Shown: piece by piece, positions 1-13,080 of the stretch
Layout: each line of letters opens with the position of its first letter
Numbering within the stretch: the stretch's first letter is position 1
Assembly: GCA_043228905.1 (NCBI GenBank)
Contig: JBHGNT010000001.1
Span: 1,612,001-1,676,000, forward strand
Direction: 5' to 3'
Source: Azolla caroliniana
Taxonomy: Eukaryota; Plantae; Polypodiophyta
DNA: 64,000 nt
Program-made: the position numbers and the translations under genes
Notes under the pieces: model-generated
What the model saw: only the letters and a program-made list of their open reading frames with translations
Told to the model about the DNA's origin: nothing
Database searches by the model: none

Positions 1-459
1 ATATACGCACTAAGCGTATGTGGTCCAAACAAAGTTGAGGCCCCCTATCCAAACATGTACTTCAGCAGTGTGAGATGGAGACGATATTATATGATTATAG
101 AGTAAGTAAAGTGTGTACCTCATATCGTTGCACCTCATACTCTTCGAATGTAGTCACATACTGGGAGTATGCATTGGTCAGTCCTGCTATAACAACAGTG
201 GTATCCTCTCCAAACTCATCATTGCCTTCACTGATAAGTGTTGCTTTTACAATCTCCCGTAAACGTCTTCCGGCCATAGTTGTGAACTCTACAGTCAACC
301 CCAGTGACAAAACCTCATTCTTAGAGCTTAAGCCGACTCATTTTTCCATTAGTGAACCAACAGCATAAAATTCCAAGCAATTTCATACCTCCAGGGACTG
401 ACAAAATGACAAGTTGCCCAATCCTCAAGATTTGTATTGGAAGAATGGAGGGCTGCATA

Positions 460-509
<50 letters not shown>

Positions 510-3500
510 GACAAGCTTAATGAGCCTACTCTAAGCACCATTCATACACAATCAGAAACTAGCGACTAAACCAAATCAATGCACAATCAATAGCTTATAA
601 TAGCTGGAAACAAAACCAGAAGGAAATATGCTTACTGCCCACTCATATGGCTGTGTCATTTCTCCAGTGTCGATGAGAACTGGCTTTGGTTTCTGGCATT
701 CGATCTGTTTCTTACTAGGGGGTTTTAATGCAGCTCCAACAATCTTCCAAAACGCATTCCCCTGGGCATTATGCTCATAACAGTTTAAGCATGCCAATTA
801 ACCCAATCATATTGAAGCTGTCAAAATATAAGGAAATAACATAGCCAACTAACTTTATTATCTCCTTGTTTGAAATCGAAAGCTCCAGGACCATCTGTTG
901 TGCCAGCTGCAAAGCTGAATCCCACAGCTGCAGGGCATGTATGTACTTTTTCTCCATTTGGCATATTTACTTCAAGGTTAGACATGTCCAAATGTGTATG
1001 GCGAAACGCTACTCTACCAATAACCCCATCTTTTGCAGAATCAAAAAGTGAAGCCGCCTTCTTAAATTGTCGATCCCCAATAATCTTTGTGCTTGCGAAT
1101 TCATCAGGGTACCTGTCAATTGTTTCTTTAATCTTCAAGATACTGATTACAATAAAAACTAGGTAACGCCATGCATTGTACAGAAGTATTGAAACACATT
1201 AAAGAATAAAGGGCATTTTGCAAATAGGACAACCAGACATTATGCTGAAATGTCTTTACAATTAAGCAAGATCAACATTAATAGAGATGCATATGATTAC
1301 ACAATTTGATACAATTAAGCAATTATTTCAGGAAGTCTTAAGTGTTTTAGCGTCAAAATTATATAATATTCAATGTAACAGAGAGACATGCAGTTCTGTA
1401 ATTTACTATCCCAACAGGTATACTTTTCTAGAAAATTGAAGTTAAAACAAAGCAGTAAATAAATGGAGAGAAACAAGCTTACGCAGGGCCCAAACCAATG
1501 CAAAGTTCATTTCTTCCACCACAGGTACTATGATTGAAGTCGCAAGAAATTCCTGTATCCAGACAAACTGCACCCTGAACATTTGGAGATGTGTCTCCTA
1601 CATTTGATTGACAAAATGCTGCTATAAACCGTGGCTTCAACAAATTATCGAGTAGTCTCCGAACACGAGGCATAATTTTAGAATTGCCAAAATTTCCAAG
1701 CCTCACAAAAGGATCCCATTTCACTGTATCTATCATAAAATAATATATACAATTTTAGAATCACTCTCATCTTAAAAAAAAGGATGCAGTCATACATGTA
1801 AATTTTTTCTAGAAAATACACGATAAATTTCTAGAAATATGCTGAATCATTCATGGTTTAGGAATGGTCTCCTAACATGCGCTCTCCTAATACTACGCTA
1901 ATCGACTAGAAGATTATGGTCTGGCGTGAACTCCAAATAAGTAGTCCCAGGAACTCGAAATTGTCTTCACAACCTCTGCTTTAATTGTGATTTAATCAAC
2001 AATCCGATGCTTAATTATCATCATTGATCTCTTAATGATACACTTGTTCTATCACAAACCATTCATTGATCCAATAATCTACTTTTCATCCACTCCTACT
2101 TTGATCAACTCATTAATCCATTCTTAATCCACCCATCCTATCCCAACCCCTTCAATAATATATTTTCAATCTGCTTGATCAATTAATATTCCTCTTTTCC
2201 AAATCATTAACACCAACAAAATTAAATATGAAATTATTACCTTATTTATGCTTATTAAATAACTAAAACATATTCCTTAACATTTCCCTTAATACACATA
2301 CACATTAATAAAAAAATTACATTCCTACTTTTGAAAATCAAGGCCGAGTTCATGCAATACCTATTACATTCTACGGAATTCCTCACAGATGCAAAACAAG
2401 AAAAAATAGAAGTAAGTCACCAGGGATGACACCTGGAAGAACGCGATCACGATCATACCAATCCTCCATCAAACGAGCTGCAGTGCCTTTATTGTCACCG
2501 CTAATAAGTTTATTAAATCTACTCATAGAAGTTCCATGGACAGCAAACCAGTTGAAGGATCCAATAGGTCCCCATTCATCATCTACAAACTTCAGCAATG
2601 TCATCTCCTTATCAACATTGTATCTATAACGTGATTGTTCTTCTGGTGGATTGTTAAGATATGCACTAGGGCTTCTGTTTATGTTGGCATCAAGCAACTC
2701 CCCTGTATTAGCCAATCCGGACAAGAAAAATGCTGATTATTCTTTCCATCAACATTTACATTACATCTCCCAATCAGTTAGATGCAAATGTTGTGTGGGA
2801 GTTTTATTATTAATGTCATGCAATAAAAGTGAGTTTCTACCTTGGTTGATGTAGATAGACCCTGGTCTTAAATTGTTATGGGCTTCAATGATGCTATTTT
2901 CAATGCCATCAACAAGTGCATAGAAAGACTGACTAACAAAACCAAGTGATGTGATGATGTAAAGCACATATTGCAAATATCCACCAGGACCAGAGTGCGT
3001 ATGAGTTCCACTTATAGCCACATTGTTTGCAGTATATAAATCACCATATCTGTGGTCAAGCATATTACAACATACAACAAGATGTAAACACGCTATCTAT
3101 CTGTTGAGAACTTTTGTTCACTTCAAGATCAATTATTCTTAATAACAATATCCCAGATTGAATAACACAATCTAAACCTTTAACCAACTCTTCAGATATG
3201 AATAACTTGATTAATTTCGTTATAGAAAAATTGAAACCAGCTATCAAGATGTTGACAGCTTTGATTAACCTAGAGATCCATATACATAATAATAGCATCC
3301 GAGGCTGAATAGCTTAATCAAAAACTTCAGCTAACACTTGATTAATTTACAGTTCAATCTACATAAGAATATGTATAACTTGATCAATTTACAGTTCAAT
3401 CTACATAAGAATATGTATAACTTGATTAATTTACAGTTCAATCTACATAAGAATATTATCTTCGATTGAATAGCTTGGCCCAAACAGACATTGAATAAAT

Positions 3501-4044
3501 TTACTCATTGAGAAATCCATCCACATAATAATAATAGTTTGCTAACAACCAACAACTGAGAATGATTTTACTAGATTGATCATAAATACATCTTGAGGAA
3601 AATTTTCATCTTCATCTTTTTAAAAATAACTTTATCTAAACCAAATATGAATACCTTTTATCTAAATTCGTATATGTAAAGAAAAATATGGAGAGAAAAA
3701 TGATACCTGTCTTTGAGACGTTCTAGAACTTTGTTGGTAACAGCTTGAGAAGCCATACACGCATCAAGGTTCACGAAGACCACTCTGTTTCCTTTTCCAT
3801 GGATGTTTGTCTCTGCTTCTGCAACGATGAAGGTTCTTGCATGGAGACGAAGATGAATCCCTGCAGCGGTCTGCGTAGGGTTAGCATAGCCCATCATGTT
3901 GACGTCAGCGGCGGGACCCGTGATGTCATGGCTGCCCAGACCGATGAGGTAGGTTGTTGGTGAAGAAGAGGAGGCAACAGCAGCAGCAGAAGCATAAAGG
4001 AGGGAGATGATGATTGTGGTGGTGGTGGCCATGGCCATGGCCAT
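1..4044 (-). CDS. Neutral/alkaline ceramidase, 3' end outside the window
   Basis: Phase-consistent exons 4044-3707, 3049-2841, 2702-2421, 1729-1483, 1112-854, 761-636, 452-389, 288-119, 44-<1. Motifs DITGPAADVNMMGYA, SGTHTHSGPGG, NWFAVHGTSM, GDTSPN, GFSFAAGTTDGPG, EFTTMAGRRLR, YEGASTLFGPHTL. N-terminal hydrophobic signal/anchor. An alternative in-frame ATG lies at 4083. Confidence 0.95.
460..508. repeat. (CT)n microsatellite
   Basis: Near-pure CT run in a ceramidase intron. Confidence 0.9.
3336..3455. repeat. 42-bp tandem repeat, about 3 copies
   Basis: acttgat(t/c)aatttacagttcaatctacataagaatat starts at 3336, 3378 and 3420, inside ceramidase intron 1. Confidence 0.9.
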
Positions 4045-4620
4045 GGTGTTTGGATTTTGTTTGGGAGGGTGTCTTTCAATCATCGTATAAAATGAAGCAT
4101 CTTTCTCTGTCTCTGTGTCTCTTCTCTCGTTTGTTAAGAGAGAAAGAGAGAGAAGAAGAAGAGGAGGAGATGAGTTTATTGAATCGAACTGTGCGTGCTT
4201 TCCTTCTTTTGGCTTATTACACATTTTTTGCACACATCGCTTTGCTCATCCCACACTCCTATGAGATGAGAGTTTGCGGGAAAAAGTCCATGCTTCTGTG
4301 ATAAGTATGTGATCATGTTCCTGACTTTCCACTAAATACACTAAATACATCGAATGTTAATTGGTATTCAACCTCGTTCTCTCACTATGTCTCGTTGAAT
4401 TATTATTCCTTTGTTAGATTATTGAACCCTTCGGCACCCAAGAAAAAGCGAGAATAACCAAAGTTGTTTTCACCATCCACATGAGCTAATGACGCGGTCT
4501 TTACAACATTGCTTTATAGAATAAATAACGATATTGAGGCCAAATTGTCATAGATCCAGACCCATGTAATGTTCAATGAATAAATGAATACGTTGTGATT
4601 ATCTTGTGTTGGCCTTTTGG

Positions 4621-4796
4621 TAATTAGCTTACTCTAGTGGTAAGTTGTTAACACTATTAATCCTATCCCTTGTGTTCAAAGCTTAACTTTCACAACTCTT
4701 TATTATAGCATGCATAATTTTTCTTCCTTCATTTACTAGATGTCATTGTGGAATGTACGGGTTAACCGTATGACCCTTGGGTCTCCATTGGACAAC
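4621..4796 (+). mobile_element. Degenerate tRNA-like SINE head, copy 1
   Basis: taattagcttactctagtggtaag...gtgttcaaa resembles A/B boxes and is homologous to 4995-5080. Both copies end in ccattggacaac. Confidence 0.45.
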
Positions 4797-4807
4797 CCAT
4801 CTTTCTC

Positions 4808-4935
4808 ACTCTCTCTTTGGTGAAAACACACAATTATATTCATAAATGAGAAAGAATCTCCACTTGCTCGAATCAAGGAAATTGTCACATTAATACTCCT
4901 TCAACTTTCGTAGATATGCTTTAACTCTATGCAAA
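4808..4935 (-). mobile_element. Internally deleted copy of the LINE 3' end at about 5865-6105
   Basis: Shares tgaaaacacacaattatatt and tccacttgctc...aaattg.cacatt...actcc.ttcaactttc with 5865-6105. Confidence 0.6.
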
Positions 4936-4943
4936 ATCAATCA

Positions 4944-4946
<3 letters not shown>

Positions 4947-4993
<47 letters not shown>
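4947..4993. repeat. (CT)n microsatellite
   Basis: Pure CT run. Confidence 0.9.
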
Positions 4994-4994
<1 letters not shown>

Positions 4995-4995
<1 letters not shown>

Positions 4996-5057
4996 AATTA
5001 GCTTACCCTAGTGGTAAGTCATTTACACTACTAGCACTACATCTTGGGTTCAAATGC
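4995..5057 (+). mobile_element. Degenerate tRNA-like SINE head, copy 2
   Basis: A-box-like ctagtggtaag and B-box-like gggttcaaatgc about 35 nt apart. Confidence 0.5.
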
Positions 5058-5770
5058 ACTAAGGGTTGCCATTGGACAACTTAGAGATCATCTCACCAAC
5101 TTGAGATTGAGAATGGTCATACTAATATAGACCCTAGAGAGGAAAGGATATATAGATTATGTCACATAAAGATAGAGGATGAGTATCACTTTACATCCAA
5201 GTGTTCAACTTACCTTGAGATAAGGGCGAAATACCAAGACATATTAGGACCCTCTCCCACCCTCTCCAAACTATTAGATACCCCGGATATAAAGAGACTA
5301 AATAGGTATATCTTAGAGCTAAAACAACATAAGAGAATAAGTTACAAAATGTTAACCATAACCATTCTAACATTCACTAAAATGTAGCTAATGAAATATT
5401 TCAGGAACAAGGGTAGATGATTAATGTGGACACACCTACACCACTCGGCCTCTCCCTTGCTAAAGCAGAAAAACAAAGAACAACCAAATGCCCTCGGATT
5501 CCGGTCTTCAAAGCAACTCGACGTGGAGTAGAAACAATTAAGAAAATAAGGGAATGTGAGTTGCACCACCTAGAAGCTATTGTTGGATTACCTTTTACAT
5601 TGGAACCACGACCCACATCCACATCGAAACCCTTTGACCTCCCACTTCTTTTCGAGAGACTTGGATAGAAATGAAACTAGGCCTAGTATAAAGCCATTTC
5701 CTTTCTAGAACATGTTTTTTTACTACAACACTTTAGCTTAAGTCTTACTTTATTTTATTTTATTTTTATT
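5058..5770 (+). mobile_element. Non-LTR retrotransposon (RTE-like) 3' fragment, decayed
   Basis: Frameshifted translation LRVAIGQLR/SHQLEIENGH/PREERIYRLCHIKIEDEYHFTSKCSTYLEIRAKYQDIL matches the C-terminal CCHC region of LINE ORF2, with the first Cys changed to Tyr. The right boundary is uncertain. Confidence 0.65.
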
Positions 5771-5859
5771 TTTGATGAATGGGTAAATACCCCATTTTTG
5801 TTGTAAACCAATTATCTCCGGGGCCAATTTTGGTCTTAGAAGACGTTAATATTTTATTT

Positions 5860-7186
5860 TTCTTTCTCTCTTTTTGATGAAAACACACAATTATATTAAT
5901 AAATGTGTGTAAAAAACACTACTTACAAAGGGTGTGACAATGGAGTATGGTCACTCACTAACTACACTACATGGGTAGTGGAACATGTTGAATTGCCAAT
6001 AGGCAAGACAAACACTCCATCGAGGAAGTAATTTCCACTTGCTCCAATAAAGAAAATTGCCACATTCGTACTCCCTTCAACTTTCATACACATGCTTTCA
6101 CTCCATGTTTATCATCAAATACAAAAGCGTTGTGCATATTCCAATTATGATGCAATCCCCAATATCTTAGAAATAGAAAAACAATCTCCATTTCTGACTT
6201 TGGGTCAACCGATGCAAATTGTGCAAACACCCACTGTCTAGGTGACAAATAACACTATGATCAAACTTGCCAAATTTGAGAAATGTAACTCCAAATTTGA
6301 CAAGCAATCTGACATTGTATAAATCAATGAATACTATCTTCCATTTGAACAATGCAAAAAAAGTAATTACCCGTTGTTAATCCACGACGCTTTAGAGCTA
6401 ACCCCAAAGGCAATCCTCCAATCAAAACTCTCCAAATGAAGACCTTTGCTACAAGTGGCAATTTAAAATGCCAACTACGTTGTAAGATCTGCCACCACCC
6501 ATGATCAGATATGTGTAATCTCCATTCTTCTTCAACTGTAGATGATAACCATCCAAGAGACTCAACGAAACAATGATACAAAAGATTAGTAATCACTTGT
6601 AACATAGACATTTGACCCTTTAAACACCAATCAATCCACGGTTGTTCTCCTTTTTGTAAAGATAAGGGACCTAGCATCAATGGAATATATTTATAGTTTT
6701 TGTCAAATAAACCCATAATTAGGTGGAATGTGTAATAATTGTCACGCTTCAACAAACTCTAAAATTCTTTGAGATGAAGCCTCAAGTATATCTCCCACCT
6801 CTTTGACCCCCAAACGAAATAAACGATTAAATTGAGAGCGCAATCTCTTCTTTCCTAACCAACATAATAACCGAGAAGACACAAGCAACTCTTTTTGCAA
6901 AGAATTACAATGCTCTCTACTAGATTATGGTTTCCATACACATAACAAGAGTGCTTCTTGTCATGAGGTAACCAAGTGTTGAACACATGTAGAGCTCGAA
7001 ATCGTAAGTGAAATACATACATTAAGTAATTGCCACCACGAGGCCTTAATCGTTATCCTCCCATGTGTTAACCCCTTGTTCTCAATGAAATATTGAACAA
7101 TAGATATCCATGATTGTGAGTTTGAACACATGTCTTGTAATAATGAAAATCTACGGGCCATCATATGCTTAGATAAGTTCAATAAG

Positions 7187-7223
<37 letters not shown>

Positions 7224-7260
7224 CCAAGGAGCCTAAAACATGCTTTTCTCCACTATCAAG
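5860..7260 (-). mobile_element. L1-like LINE 3' fragment, decayed
   Basis: ORF 6324-6755 contains WHFKLPLVAKVFIWRVLIGGLPLGLALKRRG...FFCIVQMEDSIH, a zf-RVT-like domain. Broken frames flank it, and an A-rich tail lies on the minus strand near 5860. Confidence 0.75.
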
Positions 7261-7691
7261 TAACAAGAATTCTTAATGCCACCCAATATTTGACATTTAC
7301 CAACATTAGTGACAAAACATGCATAACACACTACTGAGTAATTCTTTGAATAGAATCTCTAATACAATAGCAACAATAATTAAGAAGCTAATTGTACTGA
7401 TTAGAAGATCTATAATGAAGTCAAAGATCATTTGTTAAGCTTACAATCACTAGACAATTAAGCATCGAGGAAAGATAAATCACATGAATTAGTATGTAAC
7501 TTGCATTGATTACACGATAAGTGCTTCTTAATTATCATGCAAATCTACGGCTATATACCAATGCTTTTAGTGCTTAGCACAATATATTTATATATACAAA
7601 ATATTATATGCCTTGATGGGCATTGCTTACAACACCCATACGCATATATATATGACAAGGAAACAAATGAGAGCATTGATTAGTATGTATA

Positions 7692-8195
7692 TTATTGTTG
7701 TCGTGGATGTTGATGTCTTACTGATTTAGAAGGTTGTACAAGTTTCTTAATTGCATATATAGCAGCTATTTTTGCACCTATCGGTGCTGACCCCCGTGTG
7801 CAAAAGGCTGCTGCACCAAGGACCAACATCCCATTTGCCATCCATTTACCAGTTTGCTTCATAGAAATACTTCTTTTCTCATTACCTTGGATTCTCAAAC
7901 TCGGTTTTGACGTGACAGAAGATGGAAAGTCACTTAAATTCATTAAACCATGGGGCAACTGCATTATGAAGAAAAAATATTTTTTTAAGTGAATAAAATC
8001 GCCCATAACCTAATATATCAATATTCACATGTTTATATAGTCCATCTCATTTGATATATATATATATATATATTCACTTAAATTTAGTAAACCATGGGGC
8101 AACTGCATTATGAAGAAAAAATAATTTTTTAAGTGAATAAAATCACCCATAACCTAATATATCAATATCCACATGTTTATATAGCCCAACTCATT

Positions 8196-8240
<45 letters not shown>

Positions 8241-11107
8241 CCAATTTGGCCTAGGTTAATTCTCTCTAAAGCTACTAAATTTTCAAAACTTGGATTTCCA
8301 TGAGCATTTGACCTGTTTGAGGTTAACGAGTTCCCTTCTAATAACCAAGTTTAACAACATTTAACCAAGTTTGATATATATATATATATATATATAAGCC
8401 AATTTGGCATAGGTTGATTCTCTCTAAAGCTACTAAATTTCCAAAACTTGGAGTTCCATGAGTATTTGACCTGCTTGATGTTAACGAGTTCCATTCTAAT
8501 AACCAAGTTTAACAACATTTAACCTATCGACATTCTCTCTATTTAAGGGTAGCAAGTTCTACTTTGATCCATTTTTTCCTCTTTCTATTTCTTAATGTTA
8601 TACTATGCCACACTAGATTCAACAACCTTTACTTTTCTTTCACCAACACTAGAAATCACAATGTTATTAAATCTTCATGACATCTGGCTCTTACCGGCTG
8701 AGACAATGTAACTGCATTCCGTTCTCCATTGTATTGAGTCTTTTTATGGTTCCGAAGGCTCTTTTCCGTGAGGCACATATAATTCCATATTCTACAAGAA
8801 AATGCCATTTTTGCAACCGATGTGGTATCTTCCTGATGCCACATCTTTATCTCGCAATCATTGGTCCCTGGAACTGCAAAATGAGAGAGAAAACATATTT
8901 GTAAATATAAGAGGAGAGAAATAAAAGATTTAACCCCAAACAATGCACAATCATACATAGGGAATAAACAGCACTCCTATAATGCCTTCATGACTCAGCC
9001 ACAATCTCTCTGTTCTTTTACTAATATACGGATCTTTTGTGGGAATATGACAAATGATAAAAACAGCTCATTAGCAAACCTTTGTATATATGCCATCCAG
9101 AGAGGTAGTGCTCAACCCGAGTATGTGATGCACCGCGTTGTGCTCGAGGATGATCACAATGCTGGATATAAAGTAAATATATGTCTCCTATTCAGAAGGT
9201 TGCCAAATTAAAAAAGAAGAATGCAACTATTTTGTCCACACACAGTGTTATTATATAAGAGTTTATATACTGCAGGGCTAGGGCTCGATCTCCCAAGTAT
9301 ATATACTTGAAATTTCAACTATCCTTTACAACTTTTTGGTTCTTAGTGCCAGAAACTTGTGTCTAACAGCCTTGCTTGGTTTTTTGAATAACACACACAA
9401 CAGCTATATCACACTGAGAAAGTGCTGGTTTTTTGAATAACACACACAACAGCTATATCACACTGAGAAAGTGCATAGATTTTTGTTGGCATCAATTCAA
9501 ACAAACCAATGAATATTCATGTCTTTCAAACCTTGGCAAAACAGTAGTAAGATCCATCGTCTCCTTCCCATAGCCTCCAAGCCATCACATACTCTCTGGG
9601 CCGGATGAAAGGGAACCTCTTAATGAAACGACCAATTTCTTGGCCATTCAGTTCACTAACATCAAGTTGTTCAAACTCTCGGAAAGTGTTGTCCCATTGC
9701 ATCCGATAATCATTGTCCATGTAGAAATCCCTCAGTTGTTTGGGAGAGCAATTCCTGAAGACAGATGTGCTAAGGTACTCTATTGGCTTTCCATCCTGTT
9801 TATAGATAGAATAGCAATCCAACAAGCTTGTCATGGAATTGATATGCTTTACAATAAGTTTCCAAAATTAATAATAGAGAAGAAGTGTTTAGAACAGACC
9901 TCAGGTTCCCGTTGTTTTGCATTATATGACAGTCTATCATTATGTTTATCCACAACAGGCGTCCAAGGGACATGCTTGCCATCATCTGATAAAACACTAC
10001 CCTTCTCAAGTAACACATCAAGCAGTTGCTTCAGGTCAGTTTCTGTCACAATAGGAGCACTTTCTACTGCCATCATGACTCCATTTCCACTATAGGTTAA
10101 ATAAAAACAAAAACACAAAAATCATTTAAGTGAAGGAACTAGACATATCTTATTCACAATTTGCTTATATAACTATATTTGATATATATTGATATTGGAA
10201 GTTCAAGATGTCCAACATTCATTATTGATCAAAAACACTTTTTCAATAAAGGTTTGATACACATATACTGCCAAAGAATTGGATTTAGTAATCAATGAAT
10301 GTATGGCTTCCATGTCAGATATCCACATCCATCAAAACGTTTTTCCAATAACATTCATAGAGAATGTTATCTACATAAATATATTATATAACCACATGAA
10401 TCCTCCATAATAAACATTTCCGAAGGAAACACATAACAATGAAATTTTATATCAGTATAATATATGTATATAGCCAAAATGAAGCTTCCCTGGCAGCTCC
10501 AAAGTACCCACATCATAATGAAAATTAAATAAATATATAGCTATCAAGCATTAAGCATCCCTAACATCTCCGAGGACCGGCACAATAATGAAGATTATTT
10601 AAAGCAATAAATTGCTAGCACCATCTCCAAGAACCAATGTCATTGAGAAGATTACATCAATATATACTTCGCTAACATGAAGCCACACCATATATATCCA
10701 TAAATACATGAAGTTTCCCAAGAGCCAAAATCGTGTATATAGAGCTACTATGAAGCCTCCCTAACAAATATCTCCAAAGGAAAGACAATGAGACGACATA
10801 ACCTGAATTAAAATCCTATTTTTCATCGATTATGGTGCATCAAACAAGAGAAACGAAAAAACATGGAGGATAAAGGATTCGACTCAATAATACATACATA
10901 CCTCTTGGTGCTAATGATGGTAGGCGTAGTAGTAGTAGAAGAAGAAGAAGAAGAAGAAGAAGAAGAAGCCCGTGTAAAGGAGGAGAAGGAGAGGAATCGC
11001 AGCGCATGAATGGCAAGAAGAAGAAGAACCAGGAGGAGAAGAAAAGGCGAGACTGCCCACCCATTGGCCTGCCAATCCTCGCTGCTTCCGGCCCAATTGA
11101 TGTTCAT
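7692..11107 (-). CDS. START-domain (lipid-binding) membrane protein, about 395 aa
   Basis: Exons 11107-10902, 10089-9900, 9795-9532, 9161-9080, 8873-8695, 7958-7692, phases consistent. N-terminal TM helix. Motifs LRDFYMDNDYRMQWD, FPFIRPREYVMAWRLWEG, SGWHIYKVPG, CEIKMWHQED. Hydrophobic C-terminus. Confidence 0.9.
7931..8524. repeat. Two adjacent tandem duplications (144-bp and 158-bp periods) punctuated by (TA)n
   Basis: Unit A at about 7931 and 8075; unit B at about 8238 and 8396; (TA)n at about 8054, 8197 and 8374. Confidence 0.9.
9377..9474. repeat. 49-bp perfect tandem duplication
   Basis: tggttttttgaataacacacacaacagctatatcacactgagaaagtgc occurs twice in a START-gene intron. Confidence 0.9.
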
Positions 11108-13080
11108 ATTAAATATTCGCCGATTCTTTCTTCTTCGTCTTTCTTTTCTCCGAGAATCAGTGTGAATATTCGATCTGATCGACGAATCCTGTCATGTGAT
11201 TTTCTGCTCTGGTCTCGCGTCTTCTCTTCTCTTCTCTTCTCTGGCCGCGTCTTACCTTGCTTACTCGTGGGTGTGTTGAATCGTAGTGTAGGGGTTGGTT
11301 ATGTATATAAATTTATATGTAACATATGTATGTATGTAATAATGTATGTATGTATGTACAGACAAACACACACGAAGCGAGATGAGGAGGTTATGAGTGT
11401 GATATTGGGTGCCACACGATATGTATATAAAATCTTTTTTCTCCCCTCTTTCCCATCTCAGCTATGGATCTATGGATGTATCTAGTCAGCTCTATCGTGA
11501 TCTTATGGCAAGCAAGTGAGTTAACCCCTCCCTTCGAGATACCCCCATAACTCGCTCCTACCTCACACATTTCACGCATGGTCCCCCCCCCCCCCCCACC
11601 CCACACACACACCCCTTCGTTATCAAAACAGACATAACTTATTTTAGTCCATGTACGTGTTTTGGTATTGTGGTGCTCTCCATGAAGAGACTCTTAAATT
11701 GTAGTCCATTCGTACCATTGACCCTGATGTTTGAGAGAATCTAGCACTGCCTTATCTATGACAGGGTGGATAAATCATTCGCTCCCTTCATGAAAATTGA
11801 TGGAAAGGGTGGCAAAAGTCTCTCAACAATGGTCATCCTTGCACTATAGCACCCCGAATTTGCCCTCAAAGAGAGATGTAAGGAATGTGTGATCGACATC
11901 CTCTTGGATCCATATAAAGTCCAAGCATGTGAAATGTGCTAGTATTTTAAGGATGTTGCCAAAGGCAACCCATCATCCCTATTGTTACTTGTTAAAAAAA
12001 CATTTTTAATCAAAATGGAAGCTGAGATTATTCAATAGTGATATCATTATTATGTCAATGAAATGCAATGGATGGGCGACAATATATGCACACGTGTGGT
12101 CATGAGGGTGAGATGATGATAAAGAAGGCAGATGAGCAAACGTGTGAATCAATGCAAGTGAACTAGTGGAGCAAATTAGGACGAGTCATCCGGCAAGAGT
12201 AGAAAAACAATTTTAGCAAAATAGATAACAATGTTATAAATTTAATCTTCAAGACTTGTGTGTCATCTTTCTCACAGAAGAAGCACAATGTTTTGAAGAG
12301 AGTGCAATGCCTAAGGATCAACACCCTTCCTATTTGTGTAGTGTAAGAAATGGACATCAACTCAAAAAAAAGAAAAATAGTGGGAACAAGTTACAACTAT
12401 GAACATGGGAGGTTTTAATGAAAAGATGCCCAAAGGCTACAAAGTATCCATACAATCTATTACAACCCTCCTACCTGCATGAATGGTGAACATGGGAGGT
12501 TTCAATGGGAAGTGGCCAAGTAAACGAGACAAATGACGACGGTAGTTGACATATTAGCATTGGAAATGGAAACAATAAGATTCTCGACATTGGTTCGTAG
12601 ACGTTTTTCCAAGTCTCATGGAAAGGGCCATAGCCATGGAAGGTCGTATTCTATGTGTTTGTTTTCAGGAATAACCGCAGCTCGAACAAAACTTGTCCTC
12701 TCGCTTGTTACCACTAGAGGACCATGTGACACCCACCAATGAAAGAGTTGGTCGCCGTCTCGTGTGGTCATTCTATTTAATAAATAAACACAAGACCTCT
12801 ACTATGTGTGCATGTTTTTGAAGAAGAGTGAGAGGAGAAAGGAAGATATGTTAACGTCTTTGAAGGGGCCAAAGGAGCCTATAAGACCAAAACAAGAAGA
12901 TATTTACATCTAAAAATGTTGTCTCATCTTTGAGAACAGAGTAGAGTGTACACTGTACAGTAGAAGTAGAACTGTGGGCGTAGACGTAGACGTATTTCCC
13001 TTATACGTATTGCATATGTCTGCAGAGCTTCTGTTTTCTCTTTGTGCGGGAAACAACAACCTATATACGTACGTACACAC

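Noticed and set aside
3336-3455. CRISPR-like array
   Set aside because: Head-to-tail repeats without unique spacers, in a plant intron, with no cas genes.
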